Positions 10,123-20,467 are shown, numbered from the stretch's first letter. The stretch: DNA of 64,000 nt from Terasakiella sp. (GCF_048267425.1 NZ_JBLWXN010000001.1:101966-165965), one strand, 5' to 3'. Made by a program: numbers and translations. The notes: generated by a model from the sequence alone, not told the origin.

Positions 10123-10698
10123 GTGCGCGTTCTAATTATTGCAGTTATTTGTATGCTGTCTCTTGGGGCATGCCAAAGTCAACACATGCAAGCTATAGAT
10201 AAATCCAATTTAAATTTAACCGTGGATGATCATAGTGCTTTAATAGAGTTTATGCGCCCTGAAAGTTATGGGTCTCGCTTTCAATCATCCATTTTTAATA
10301 TTACAAATGGCACGCCTGAACTTGTTGGTATTTTATCTGCTCAAAATAGATTTATTATAAAGCTACCAGCTGGCTCCTATCGATTTGCCGTTATAGGAGA
10401 GAACGCTGATTTTCTTGATGCAGAACTAGACGATGGGAAGCTATATGCAGCAAGTATTACGACCCATATTGGCTTCATGCGTATGCAATACAAACTACAT
10501 GCAGTGAAAAACAGCAGCTTAGAAGCTTTTAATCAACAATGCCCCTCTTGTATTTGGACAAAACCGCTCCCCTCAGCAAAGGAGTGGGCGGATGCAAACA
10601 TGCCAAGCATTCGTTCCAAAATCTCTAAATACCTCCCCAAATGGATAAATAACCCTTCTCGCGCAATAATTAATCCATCCGACAATTTGGCTCCCTAA
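10123..10698 (+). CDS. Hypothetical lipoprotein (AT-rich gene)
   Basis: GTG start, signal peptide with lipobox LGA-C; visibly AT-richer than flanking genes. Confidence 0.7.
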   Translation: MRVLIIAVICMLSLGACQSQHMQAIDKSNLNLTVDDHSALIEFMRPESYGSRFQSSIFNITNGTPELVGILSAQNRFIIKLPAGSYRFAVIGENADFLDAELDDGKLYAASITTHIGFMRMQYKLHAVKNSSLEAFNQQCPSCIWTKPLPSAKEWADANMPSIRSKISKYLPKWINNPSRAIINPSDNLAP

Positions 10699-11020
10699 TC
10701 TTCTTGTCCCTATTGTTTGCTCAAAGCGGATTCTATTTATGTCTTGAATTGAAAACGTTCTATTTATGGGCATCATCCCATTAAATATCACGCGAAATTC
10801 ACCTTTTTTCGTATTACACTTTACCTTCTGAGGTAATACGGGAGTTGTTAACCAATACAGGCTAAGCACCTGAGGGGACAGACTCTTTATTTAACAGCTC
10901 TAAAAAGACAACTTAAAAGTCGCCCTTGGTAATACCAGAGACAAGGTTTTCTGCGCGTTTTCAAGGGTTTAGAGACTGGACAAACGATCGCGTTTGTGGT
11001 GTAAATAGGCCACGTTTTTT

Positions 11021-11084
11021 ATGAGGAACTCCGCTTTATGCGGGCTTTCTCCTTATTCACTCTTGCATAAGCGGAGGTAGTTTA
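11021..11084 (+). promoter_or_regulatory. acnB leader: 19-aa uORF plus a stem pairing over the acnB SD
   Basis: ATG 11021 to TAG 11080; ctccgctttatgc (11029-41) is complementary to gcataagcggag (11065-76), which overlaps the ggagg SD. Confidence 0.5.
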
Positions 11085-13670
11085 GTGCTAGAAGAATATC
11101 GCAAACATGTCGAGGAGCGTGCGGCTCTTGGCATTCCACCCCTGCCGTTGTCGGTTGAACAAACTGAAGCGCTCGTTGAATTGTTGAAAAACCCGCCGGC
11201 AGGTGAAGAAGACACACTGGTTGATCTTCTGACACACCGCGTCCCGGCTGGCGTTGACGATGCAGCGCGCATCAAAGCCGGTTTTCTGGCACAAGTCGCC
11301 AAAGGCGAAATTTCCTGTTCTTTGGTTTCCAACGTCAAGGCGACAGAATTGCTGGGTACCATGCTCGGCGGGTTCAACATTGAACCGATGATCGCCCTTC
11401 TGGACGATGCCGAAGTCGGTGAAACCGCTGCAGAAGGTCTGAAAAAGACCCTGCTGGTTTTCGATTACTTCTTCGACGTTAAAGAAAAAGCGGATGCGGG
11501 TTCTGCAAATGCAAAAGCCGTTCTTCAGTCCTGGGCCGATGCGGAATGGTTTACATCCAAGCCGGAAGTCGCTGAAAGCATGAAACTGACTGTGTTTAAA
11601 GTCACAGGCGAAACAAACACGGACGATCTGTCCCCGGCACCGGATGCGTGGTCACGCCCCGATATTCCGTTGCACGCCCTTGCCATGTTGAAAAACCCGC
11701 GCGACGGGATTGAACCGGAAGAAGCAGGCGTTCGTGGTCCCATCCAATTCATCGAAGACCTGAAAGCTAAAGGCAATCTGGTTGCTTACGTTGGTGACGT
11801 TGTCGGGACTGGTTCTTCGCGTAAATCTGCGACAAACTCCGTTCTGTGGTGGACAGGTGAAGACATTCCGTTCGTGCCAAACAAACGTTTCGGCGGTGTG
11901 TGTCTGGGCAGCAAAATTGCACCGATCTTCTACAACACAATGGAAGATGCCGGCGCATTGCCGATTGAACTTGACGTCAACGAAATGAACATGGGCGACG
12001 AGATTGAATTGCGCCCGCTTGAAGGTAAAGCTTTGAAAGACGGTAAAGTAATTGCCGAATTTAAAGTAAAATCCGAAGTGATCTTCGACGAAGTTCGCGC
12101 CGGTGGTCGTATTCCGTTGATCATTGGTCGCGGCCTGACCGCACGGGCACGCGAAGCCTTGGGTCTGGAACCGTCTACCCTGTTCCGTACACCGGTTGAA
12201 CCGGAAGACACAGGCAAAGGTTACACACTGGCTCAAAAAATGGTCGGTAAGGCTTGTGGCTTGGAAGAAGGCAAAGGCATTCGTCCGGGTACCTATTGCG
12301 AACCGAAAATGACCACTGTGGGTTCACAGGATACAACAGGTCCGATGACCCGTGATGAATTGAAAGACCTGGCTTGCCTCGGCTTCTCTGCCGATCTGGT
12401 TATGCAGTCTTTCTGTCACACATCTGCTTATCCGAAGCTGGTTGACGTGAACACACACCAAACGCTGCCCGATTTTATCGAGACACGCGGTGGTGTGGCA
12501 CTTCGCCCACAAGATGGGGTTATTCACAGCTGGCTGAACCGCCTTCTGTTGCCTGATACAGTTGGGACAGGTGGCGACAGCCACACCCGTTTCCCGTTGG
12601 GTATTTCTTTCCCGGCGGGTTCCGGTCTGGTTGCTTTTGCGGCTGCGACAGGCGTTATGCCGTTGGATATGCCGGAATCTGTACTGGTTAAGTTCACAGG
12701 TAAACTGCAAGAAGGCATTACACTGCGCGATATGGTTAACGCCATTCCGTTCTATGCCATCAAAGAAGGCCTGCTGACGGTTGAGAAAAAAGGCAAGAAG
12801 AACATCTTCTCTGGCCGTATTCTCGAAATCGAAGGCTTGCCGGACCTGAAAGTCGAACAAGCATTCGAACTGTCTGATGCCTCTGCTGAACGTAGTGCTG
12901 CGGGTTGTACCGTTCACCTGAACGAAGAGCCGATCATCGAATATATGCGTTCCAACATCACCCTGATGAAATGGATGATCGCGGAAGGCTACCATGATGA
13001 GCGCACTCTGAAGCGTCGTATCGAAGCAATGGAAGCTTTCATTGCCGATCCGAAGCTGATGAAGCGTGACGAAGATGCAGAATATGCAGCCGTTATCGAA
13101 ATCAACATGGACGACATTAAAGAACCAATCGTGGCTTGCCCGAACGACCCGGATGATGTGAAAACATTGTCTGACGTTGCCGGTCAGAACATCGATGAAG
13201 TCTTTATCGGGTCCTGTATGACCAACATCGGTCACTTCCGCGCTGCCGGTAAGGTTCTGGACGGTTTGTCTGATCTGCCGACCCGCCTGTGGATTGCACC
13301 GCCGACCAAGATGGACGCCGCAATTCTGACCGAAGAAGGCTACTATTCCATCCTTGGTAAAACAGGCGCGCGTATGGAAACACCGGGTTGCTCCCTCTGT
13401 ATGGGTAACCAGGCACAAATCCGCAAAGGGTCTACGGCGATGTCTACATCCACCCGTAACTTCCCGAACCGTCTGGGCATTGATACCAACGTTTATCTGG
13501 GTTCTGCCGAATTGGCCGCTGTTTGCGCACAAATCGGTAAAATCCCGTCAAACGAAGAATATCAAGCTAAGGTGAAGGCTGTGAACGAAAAAGCGGATGA
13601 CGTTTATCGTTACATGAACTTCGACCAGATCCCGGCTTTTGTTGAAAAAGCGGCAACGGTTGATGCCTAA
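11085..13670 (+). CDS. acnB: Aconitate hydratase B / 2-methylisocitrate dehydratase
   Basis: N-terminus [14 protein letters not shown]..., [24 protein letters not shown], Fe-S cysteines GSCMTN and GCSLCMGNQ. Confidence 0.97.
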   Translation: MLEEYRKHVEERAALGIPPLPLSVEQTEALVELLKNPPAGEEDTLVDLLTHRVPAGVDDAARIKAGFLAQVAKGEISCSLVSNVKATELLGTMLGGFNIEPMIALLDDAEVGETAAEGLKKTLLVFDYFFDVKEKADAGSANAKAVLQSWADAEWFTSKPEVAESMKLTVFKVTGETNTDDLSPAPDAWSRPDIPLHALAMLKNPRDGIEPEEAGVRGPIQFIEDLKAKGNLVAYVGDVVGTGSSRKSATNSVLWWTGEDIPFVPNKRFGGVCLGSKIAPIFYNTMEDAGALPIELDVNEMNMGDEIELRPLEGKALKDGKVIAEFKVKSEVIFDEVRAGGRIPLIIGRGLTARAREALGLEPSTLFRTPVEPEDTGKGYTLAQKMVGKACGLEEGKGIRPGTYCEPKMTTVGSQDTTGPMTRDELKDLACLGFSADLVMQSFCHTSAYPKLVDVNTHQTLPDFIETRGGVALRPQDGVIHSWLNRLLLPDTVGTGGDSHTRFPLGISFPAGSGLVAFAAATGVMPLDMPESVLVKFTGKLQEGITLRDMVNAIPFYAIKEGLLTVEKKGKKNIFSGRILEIEGLPDLKVEQAFELSDASAERSAAGCTVHLNEEPIIEYMRSNITLMKWMIAEGYHDERTLKRRIEAMEAFIADPKLMKRDEDAEYAAVIEINMDDIKEPIVACPNDPDDVKTLSDVAGQNIDEVFIGSCMTNIGHFRAAGKVLDGLSDLPTRLWIAPPTKMDAAILTEEGYYSILGKTGARMETPGCSLCMGNQAQIRKGSTAMSTSTRNFPNRLGIDTNVYLGSAELAAVCAQIGKIPSNEEYQAKVKAVNEKADDVYRYMNFDQIPAFVEKAATVDA

Positions 13671-13688
13671 GCTTTTACTTTAAGCATG

Positions 13689-13728
13689 AAAAAATCCCCG
13701 TCAGAGCAATCCGACGGGGATTTTTTTT
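13689..13728. terminator. Bidirectional intrinsic terminator
   Basis: aaaaaatccccgtc-agagcaatcc-gacggggatttttttt. Confidence 0.9.
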
Positions 13729-13735
13729 ATATGTG

Positions 13736-14347
13736 TTATTGTGTTAACTCTTTTAAGACCTCAAGAGACGGGGCAAACCCCGCTTCAGCCGCCTTTTCCA
13801 GCCAGTAAAACCCTTGTTGCTTATCCACAGCAATCCCGATCCCGCGCAAGTAGGCCAGCCCCAGAATATGCATGGCCTTTGGGTATCCGGTTTTTGCCGC
13901 CTGTTTAACATAACGAATACCGATGTTCGGATTGGCTTTGATCCCGATACCGGAAATATAAATCTCGCCCATTCGCAACATGGCGTAATGGTCCCCGGCT
14001 TTGGCCGCTTTATCAAACCAGCCGCGCGCAAGGTTCAGGTTGGTTTTACCGTTCAGGCCATCCGCATGAATACGCCCCAGCACCACCATCGCCGGGGCAT
14101 GGTCTTGTCGAGCAGACTTGTGAAACCAGCGCATCGCCGTTTCAATATCTTTTGGCACACCACGGCCCTGCATATGCATGGTGCCGATCCAGTAATCCGC
14201 CACCGGATTTCCCGCCCGCGCATATTGATGAAATTCACGCAAGGCATCCTCGTTGCGTCCTTCCTGCACCGCACGGATCGCATCTTCCATGCTAGCGTCG
14301 GCGGGAAACGAGAAAACGATTAAAATCAGTAAAAAAACAAAGCGCAT
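13736..14347 (-). CDS. Sel1-like repeat protein, secreted
   Basis: Signal peptide; repeats such as ADYWIGTMHMQGRGVPKD and AMHILGLAYLRGIGIAVD. Confidence 0.9.
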   Translation of the reverse strand: MRFVFLLILIVFSFPADASMEDAIRAVQEGRNEDALREFHQYARAGNPVADYWIGTMHMQGRGVPKDIETAMRWFHKSARQDHAPAMVVLGRIHADGLNGKTNLNLARGWFDKAAKAGDHYAMLRMGEIYISGIGIKANPNIGIRYVKQAAKTGYPKAMHILGLAYLRGIGIAVDKQQGFYWLEKAAEAGFAPSLEVLKELTQ

Positions 14348-14430
14348 TTTGGATCAACCCCTTGCGCAAAGCTTACATCCCCGCCAATATCAAGTAAATG
14401 TCGCATTCACAGAAAAAACAGGGTTCTCAA

Positions 14431-16266
14431 ATGGGTTTGAAAACAGCCGCTTTCGCAGGAATAATTGGACTGGCCGTCACGTTTAACGCATGGGCGGCAG
14501 AACCAAAACATGCCGTTGCCATGCACGGTGATATTAAATACGGTCCCGATTTCACCCATTTCGATTATGCCAACCCTGATGCACCCAAAGGGGGCAATTT
14601 GCGTCTTGCCGCACTGGGATCAACATTTGATACCTTCAACCCCTTTACCTTAAAAGGCAACAGTGCTGCCGGGATCGGTATGGTCTATGACTCGTTAACC
14701 CAGCGCTCCCTTGATGAACCGTTCAGCGAATATGGCCTTTTGGCGGAAACAATTGACATCCCCGAAGACCGATCTTCCGTCACGTTCCATCTGCGAGCTG
14801 AAGCCCAATGGCACGATGGTAAACCTGTCACAGCTGACGATGTCGTGTTCAGTTTCAACACCCTGTTTGAAAAAGGACACCCGCAATATCGATTTTATTA
14901 CGGCGATGTGGCCAAAGTTGAAGCCTTATCTGAGCGCACCGTCAAATTCACCTTTAAATCGACAAAAAATCGCGAACTGGCCATGATTGTCGGGCAACTT
15001 CCTGTTATACCGAAACATTACTGGCAGGGTAAGGACTTCGAAAAAACCACATTGGAACCGCCCTTAAGCAGTGGTCCCTACCGTGTCAAATCGTTTGAAG
15101 CTGGTCGCAACGTTGTCTATGAACGCGTCAAAGATTACTGGGGCAAAGATCTCGCCGTCAATGCCGGGCAAAACAACTTTGACGAAATTCGTTATGATTA
15201 TTACCGCGATGCAACCGTTGCGGTTGAAGCCTTTAAAGGCGGCGCGTTTGATTACAGATACGAAAACATCGCAAAGAACTGGGCAACCGCCTATGATATC
15301 CCCGAAGTCAAAAATGGTCAGATTGAAAAATTGCGGTTCAAACATAGCGTCGGCGCAGGCATGCAAGCCTTTGTGTTCAATATTCGCCGTGATAAATTCA
15401 AAGATCCCTTAGTCCGTGAAGCCTTGGCCTATGCCTTTGATTTTGATTGGACCAATAAAAACCTATTTCATGGTGAATACAGCCGGACCAAAAGCTATTT
15501 TGCAAACTCCGAACTGGCCTCCAGTGGATTACCGACAGGGCGCGAGTTGGAAATTTTGGAAAAATACCGCGGGCGCGTACCCGATGAAGTGTTCACAAAA
15601 ACGTACGAACCACCCAAAACCGATGGCTCTGGCAATATTCGAGGAAACCTGAAACAAGCCGTCACTTTGTTGAAAAAAGCTGGTTACGTCATTGAAAATC
15701 GCAAACTGATCAATGCTAAAACGGGCAAACAACTTAGTTTTGAATTCCTGTTACAGGCGGGGCCCACATGGGAACGCGTCGTCCTGCCGTTTAAGAAAAA
15801 TCTCGAACGCCTCGGCATTGGCGTCACTTTGCGTATGGTCGATACGGCCCAATACAAACAACGCATGGATACCTTCGATTACGACATCGTAGTCGACGTC
15901 TTTGGACAAAGCCAGTCACCGGGCAACGAACAATATAGTTTCTGGTCCAGCAAGACCGCAAATCAACCCGGCGCGCGTAATTCTATTGGAATCAGCAATG
16001 ATATTGTAGACGAATTGGTTGAATTGGTCGTCAACGCCCCCAACCGCGAAGAATTGGTCATGCGCACACGTGCCTTGGACCGAGTTCTTTTATGGGGGCA
16101 TTATGTCATTCCCAACTGGCATCTAAAAAGTGCGCGCATCCTTGTATGGAACAAGTTTAGCCGCCCGGATATCTACCCGAAATACAGCCCCGGCTATGAC
16201 GCTTGGTCCTTCTGGTGGCTGGATAAAGAGAAAGAAAAAGCCCTTGCAAGTAAGCGCAAACAATAG
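14431..16266 (+). CDS. ABC transporter substrate-binding protein, family 5 (YejA-like)
   Basis: HAVAMHGDIKYGPDFTHFDYANPDAPKGG, RALDRVLLWGHYVIP; start moved to ATG 14431. Confidence 0.9.
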   Translation: MGLKTAAFAGIIGLAVTFNAWAAEPKHAVAMHGDIKYGPDFTHFDYANPDAPKGGNLRLAALGSTFDTFNPFTLKGNSAAGIGMVYDSLTQRSLDEPFSEYGLLAETIDIPEDRSSVTFHLRAEAQWHDGKPVTADDVVFSFNTLFEKGHPQYRFYYGDVAKVEALSERTVKFTFKSTKNRELAMIVGQLPVIPKHYWQGKDFEKTTLEPPLSSGPYRVKSFEAGRNVVYERVKDYWGKDLAVNAGQNNFDEIRYDYYRDATVAVEAFKGGAFDYRYENIAKNWATAYDIPEVKNGQIEKLRFKHSVGAGMQAFVFNIRRDKFKDPLVREALAYAFDFDWTNKNLFHGEYSRTKSYFANSELASSGLPTGRELEILEKYRGRVPDEVFTKTYEPPKTDGSGNIRGNLKQAVTLLKKAGYVIENRKLINAKTGKQLSFEFLLQAGPTWERVVLPFKKNLERLGIGVTLRMVDTAQYKQRMDTFDYDIVVDVFGQSQSPGNEQYSFWSSKTANQPGARNSIGISNDIVDELVELVVNAPNREELVMRTRALDRVLLWGHYVIPNWHLKSARILVWNKFSRPDIYPKYSPGYDAWSFWWLDKEKEKALASKRKQ

Positions 16267-16356
16267 GGATTATTCCCTAAAAATGTAACATGACTTTGCT
16301 ACCATACCCGCTAAGATGTTACACTCTTGTGACACGCAGAGGGGAAAGGCGGGATA

Positions 16357-17973
16357 ATGATCGTAGAAACCAGATACTACGCACTTGGAAATGAACATAG
16401 CGCGCAGGAATGGGGTAGCATCGTCGCAACCTTGGCCCAAGGCCAAAAATCAGGGGAACAGGTGGTTGAACAAACCTATCTGGATACCTTTGACTGGGCC
16501 TTGTGCCGTAACGATATTTCATTCATCTACGAACAAACCGATGCAAACCATTTACGGATCATGACTGATCAGCGAGGGGTAAAGATGCCAGCCCCTCAAA
16601 CCGTCGAAAACCTTCCTGTCTTTCCCAAAGACATTCCCGACGGAAAAATGCAAAAGATGGTCGCCAAGCTCGTCGGTTTACGCGCCCTTCTTGTGTTAGC
16701 GCAGATCAAATCCGAACAGATCATTATCCATGTCGAAGACAAAAAGGGACGTGTGCGCGTCCGTCTCGTTGTTGAAGTCAACTTCCAACGCACAGCACCC
16801 CGGCGTAAAATGCTGGAATTGGGATGTCGTCTGCGCATTGAATGCCTGAAAGGTTATGAAAAAGATTTCGCCAAAACTTTACCCCGTTTTGCAGGACTTA
16901 CACCGTCCAGTCAGAAAGTCTTTTTTGGACAAATCATGGAAAATATCGGAAAAACCCCGATGGATTATTCCAGTAAATTAAAGATCAAGCTGGACCGTGA
17001 TATGCGCGCGGATGAAGCCTTGAAGGCCATTCTAAAAGACCAGCTTACACAAATTGAAACCAATATCGACGGCACCATTGCCAACACCGATACGGAATTT
17101 TTACATGATTTGCGCGTTGCCGTTCGCCGTTCACGCAGTGCTCTCAGCCGTTTGAAAGGGGTTCTACCCCCTAGCATTCAAGACCGTTTTTCACAGGAAC
17201 TGGCATGGATCGGTTCCATCACGACCCCGGTACGTGATCTGGATGTTTATCTTCTGGATTATCCGAAATACCGGGATCAACTTTCAATCCAACAACAAGA
17301 AAACCTGCAGCCTTTATATTACTTCCTATTAAAGCAACATGAAATGGCCCGTCAGGAATTGGTCCATAACCTCAACAGTCGGCGCTTTCGCGATTTTCTG
17401 GTCAAATGGCGCGCCTTTTTAGACAAACCTGTTCCCCAACGCCCCAGCGCCCCGTTCGCGGTACAGGAAATCGGTACCATTGCCGACAAGCGCATCTGGA
17501 AAACCTATACCCGCGTCATTGCAGAAGGCAGTGCCATTGACACAGACACCCCGGCGGAAGCCTTACATGACCTACGCAAAACCTGCAAAAAACTGCGTTA
17601 CCTCTTGGAGTTTTTTGCCAGCCTTTACCCTACAAACCAGGTCAGTGAACTGGTCAAAACATTAAAAGGCTTGCAGGAAAACCTCGGTGATTTTCAGGAT
17701 TTGGATGTGCAGGCGGAAAAATTACATAATTTCTCGGCTCAAATGATGCAGGACGGCGAAGACCGACCACAAGTCTTCATGTCAATGGGGGTCTTGGTCG
17801 AAGGTTTTATGAGCAAAAAAGAAATTGTGCGAACTGAATTTGCCGAACGCTTTGCCTCTTTTTCCTCAAAAGCCGTTGAAAAAGACTTCCGCCAATTGGT
17901 GAATAAAGACAAAGCAGGCAAAAAGAAAGTCGCCCTGAAGGCCCATATCGAAAATGACGAGACGGTTTCTTAA
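16357..17973 (+). CDS. CHAD domain protein with degenerate N-terminal CYTH-like domain
   Basis: EFLHDLRVAVRRSRS, EALHDLRKTCKKLRY, LQENLGDFQD; N-terminal TYLDTFDWAL. Confidence 0.88.
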   Translation: MIVETRYYALGNEHSAQEWGSIVATLAQGQKSGEQVVEQTYLDTFDWALCRNDISFIYEQTDANHLRIMTDQRGVKMPAPQTVENLPVFPKDIPDGKMQKMVAKLVGLRALLVLAQIKSEQIIIHVEDKKGRVRVRLVVEVNFQRTAPRRKMLELGCRLRIECLKGYEKDFAKTLPRFAGLTPSSQKVFFGQIMENIGKTPMDYSSKLKIKLDRDMRADEALKAILKDQLTQIETNIDGTIANTDTEFLHDLRVAVRRSRSALSRLKGVLPPSIQDRFSQELAWIGSITTPVRDLDVYLLDYPKYRDQLSIQQQENLQPLYYFLLKQHEMARQELVHNLNSRRFRDFLVKWRAFLDKPVPQRPSAPFAVQEIGTIADKRIWKTYTRVIAEGSAIDTDTPAEALHDLRKTCKKLRYLLEFFASLYPTNQVSELVKTLKGLQENLGDFQDLDVQAEKLHNFSAQMMQDGEDRPQVFMSMGVLVEGFMSKKEIVRTEFAERFASFSSKAVEKDFRQLVNKDKAGKKKVALKAHIENDETVS

Positions 17974-19526
17974 GAATACTCCTCTCTCAAGGTCGTTTGA
18001 ACCGTCTTTAAAACCTGTTTCCAATTGCCAAATTCCTGCTGACGGAACAAGCGGATACTGTCATACCAATAACTGTGCGTTGTCTCTTCCTGCCAGCGCC
18101 AATCCGCACATTGGTCCAACAATAACCACACCGGCTTGCCCATTGCCGCCGCCAAATGGGCAATGGCTGTATCCACACTAATGACCAAATCCAACTGGGC
18201 AATTAACGCTGCCGTATCCCCAAAATCCTGAAGACGATTCGTCACATCAATCAAATGGTCAACCTTGGGCAAAGGCGCATTTGCATCCACCTGTAAAGAA
18301 ACCCAATCCAGATGTGCCAATGTAAACAGATCGGCAAACTGGCCCAGATCAATGGATCGCAAATGATCTCGCAAATGCGCCGCCCCTCCGTGCCATGCAA
18401 AACCGATCTTGGGTTTCTTGTTTTTGGGCAGATCCTGAAATCCGTCATAAGATGCGCGTAAATACCCTTCACGGTGTGGCATCCGTTGCACGCTGATATC
18501 CATAAAGATTGCCAAATCCATCAGATAAGACTGGTAATCAAATGCATCCGGATTTTCTACCGTTTCGCAGACCGTAATTTGCGGGATAGCATGTGCAATC
18601 AACCGGCATAAACTTTTACGGCACAAAAAAGTGACCTTCGCCCCGCGTGCCGCCAGTTCAATAAGAAAACGCGAAAACTGAATAACATCGCCTGCGCCCT
18701 GCTCGCAATAAACAAGAATATCTTTGTCTGTAATTTCTTCACCATTCCATATAGGAACTCGGCATTCAGGACGTGAATTTGAAATTTTCACACCGTCATA
18801 ACGCACGCGATATTTTTGAAAGCCTTCTTTCAAACGGCCTTGTTTCAACAAAACATGCGCATCGCGCAAGGCAAGCTGCTGATTTTTAATCCCATAGGAT
18901 TTGGCTAAATTCAGGAAATGAGCTGCCTTGTCAAATTCGCCAATCTCTTCAAAGAAAACATGTAAATGCAGGTAACTTTCCCCATGCATGGGATCAAGTG
19001 ACAAGGCACGAAAATAAGATGAAATGGCCGCCCGCGGATTGCCGCTATCACGTTGTGCAGCCCCTTGAACCCGCCAGATTTCAACCCGGTCCGGATCGCC
19101 CTTTAAAGAACGTTGCGCACATTGAAGGGCCGCCACATAGTTTTTTCCCATGTAAAAGACAACGGCCAAATCCCCCCAGTACTGTGGGCTTGAAGACGTT
19201 TTTTCTTCCAGCCGCGCCAAGATCGGACGCACCTTTGCCGTCTCGCCCGTTTTTGCCAACAGATAACACACAAACGCCATTGCTTCACAAGGTGCTTCCT
19301 TTGTCGACAAAAGTTGGTTTGTCATCTCAAATGCACGTTGATTATCCCCTTCGACATAAGTCAATCGGGCTTGCGCCAACAAAACATGTACATTGTCTTG
19401 TGGTAACTTCATCAATAAATTACGTGCATCCTGTACTTGTCCGCGACTCAGACAGCACAAGACATAGGCAACCGCTTGGGTCAATGTCAGTTCTTTTTTC
19501 ATAAGGGCCAGCTTAGCCGATTTCAA
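17970..19526 (-). CDS. TPR-repeat protein with GT9-like glycosyltransferase domain
   Basis: TPRs, then EQGAGDVIQFSRF, IGFAWHG, LDLVISVDTAIAHLAAAMGKPVW; start uncertain (TTG 19526 or ATG 19502). Confidence 0.82.
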   Translation of the reverse strand: MKSAKLALMKKELTLTQAVAYVLCCLSRGQVQDARNLLMKLPQDNVHVLLAQARLTYVEGDNQRAFEMTNQLLSTKEAPCEAMAFVCYLLAKTGETAKVRPILARLEEKTSSSPQYWGDLAVVFYMGKNYVAALQCAQRSLKGDPDRVEIWRVQGAAQRDSGNPRAAISSYFRALSLDPMHGESYLHLHVFFEEIGEFDKAAHFLNLAKSYGIKNQQLALRDAHVLLKQGRLKEGFQKYRVRYDGVKISNSRPECRVPIWNGEEITDKDILVYCEQGAGDVIQFSRFLIELAARGAKVTFLCRKSLCRLIAHAIPQITVCETVENPDAFDYQSYLMDLAIFMDISVQRMPHREGYLRASYDGFQDLPKNKKPKIGFAWHGGAAHLRDHLRSIDLGQFADLFTLAHLDWVSLQVDANAPLPKVDHLIDVTNRLQDFGDTAALIAQLDLVISVDTAIAHLAAAMGKPVWLLLDQCADWRWQEETTHSYWYDSIRLFRQQEFGNWKQVLKTVQTTLREEYS

Positions 19527-19533
19527 TCAAAAG

Positions 19534-19564
19534 AAAAGGCCCCTGCAGCAACAGGAGCCTTTTT
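19534..19564 (-). terminator. Intrinsic terminator downstream of the mcl2-like gene
   Basis: aaaaggcccctg-cagcaa-caggagcctttt. Confidence 0.65.
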
Positions 19565-19585
19565 AAATCAGATATATAAAGCGAT

Positions 19586-20467
19586 TTAAGCGCCAGCTTC
19601 CATCTTCACAATTGCTTCAGCCTGTGCCACCACTTGTTTTGCGGTAACCACATGCAGGTTTTCAATCAGTTTGCCGTCAACGACAACAACGCCTTTGCCT
19701 TCTTTTTCCGCATCTGCATGGGCGGCAATAATTTTTTTGGACCATTCAACTTCCGCATCGGACGGGCCAAAGATTTCATTGGCTTTTGCAACTGTTTTCG
19801 GATGGATCAACGTCTTCCCGTCAAAGCCAAGTTCCTGTCCCTGCTTGCAATGTTCCACAAAACCTTCATCGTCGGACAAATCCAGATAAACACCGTCCAA
19901 AATTGCAATACCGGCTGCGCGGGCGGCCAAAATACAAACGTTTAACGACATCATAAAGGGCAGACGCATTGGCGTATGGGCACAGCGTAATTCTTTCGCC
20001 AAATCCGAGGTTCCCATGACGAAACCGCCCATACGATCAGTCGAATCGGCAATTTCTTCAGCATGTAACATACCGCGTGGGGTTTCCATCATACACCAGA
20101 TTTTCATCTCGGCAGGCGCACCGGCGCCATCCATGATCGCTTCAACCTGACGAACCGTGTCTGCGCTTTCCACCTTTGGCAATAAAATCGCATCGGCACC
20201 GGATGTAGAAGCCGCAACGATATCGTCATAGCCCCACGGCGTGTTTAAACCGTTTGTCCGGATAAGAATTTCACGCATGCCGTAACCGCCTTCTTTGACG
20301 GCATCAACAATTTGTTGGCGCGCGACTTCTTTGGCATCCGGGGCGACGGCATCTTCAAGATCGAGGATCAAACCATCCGCGGGAAGGGTACGCCCCTTTT
20401 CCAGTGCGCGGGCGTTGGACCCCGGCATATAGAGGACACTACGACGAGGACGTGCTGTTGCAGCCAT
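19586..20467 (-). CDS. CitE/HpcH family CoA ester lyase, Mcl2-like (malyl-CoA thioesterase)
   Basis: RSVLYMPGSNARALEK, DLEDAV, MMET, GFDGKTLIHP, GKLIENLHV; SD aagga before ATG 20467. Confidence 0.8.
   Translation of the reverse strand: MAATARPRRSVLYMPGSNARALEKGRTLPADGLILDLEDAVAPDAKEVARQQIVDAVKEGGYGMREILIRTNGLNTPWGYDDIVAASTSGADAILLPKVESADTVRQVEAIMDGAGAPAEMKIWCMMETPRGMLHAEEIADSTDRMGGFVMGTSDLAKELRCAHTPMRLPFMMSLNVCILAARAAGIAILDGVYLDLSDDEGFVEHCKQGQELGFDGKTLIHPKTVAKANEIFGPSDAEVEWSKKIIAAHADAEKEGKGVVVVDGKLIENLHVVTAKQVVAQAEAIVKMEAGA

Noticed and set aside
10573-10869. 98-aa minus-strand ORF in the AT-rich insert
   Set aside because: It overlaps the lipoprotein 3' end and has no SD or recognisable motif. 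It could be a remnant but cannot be supported.
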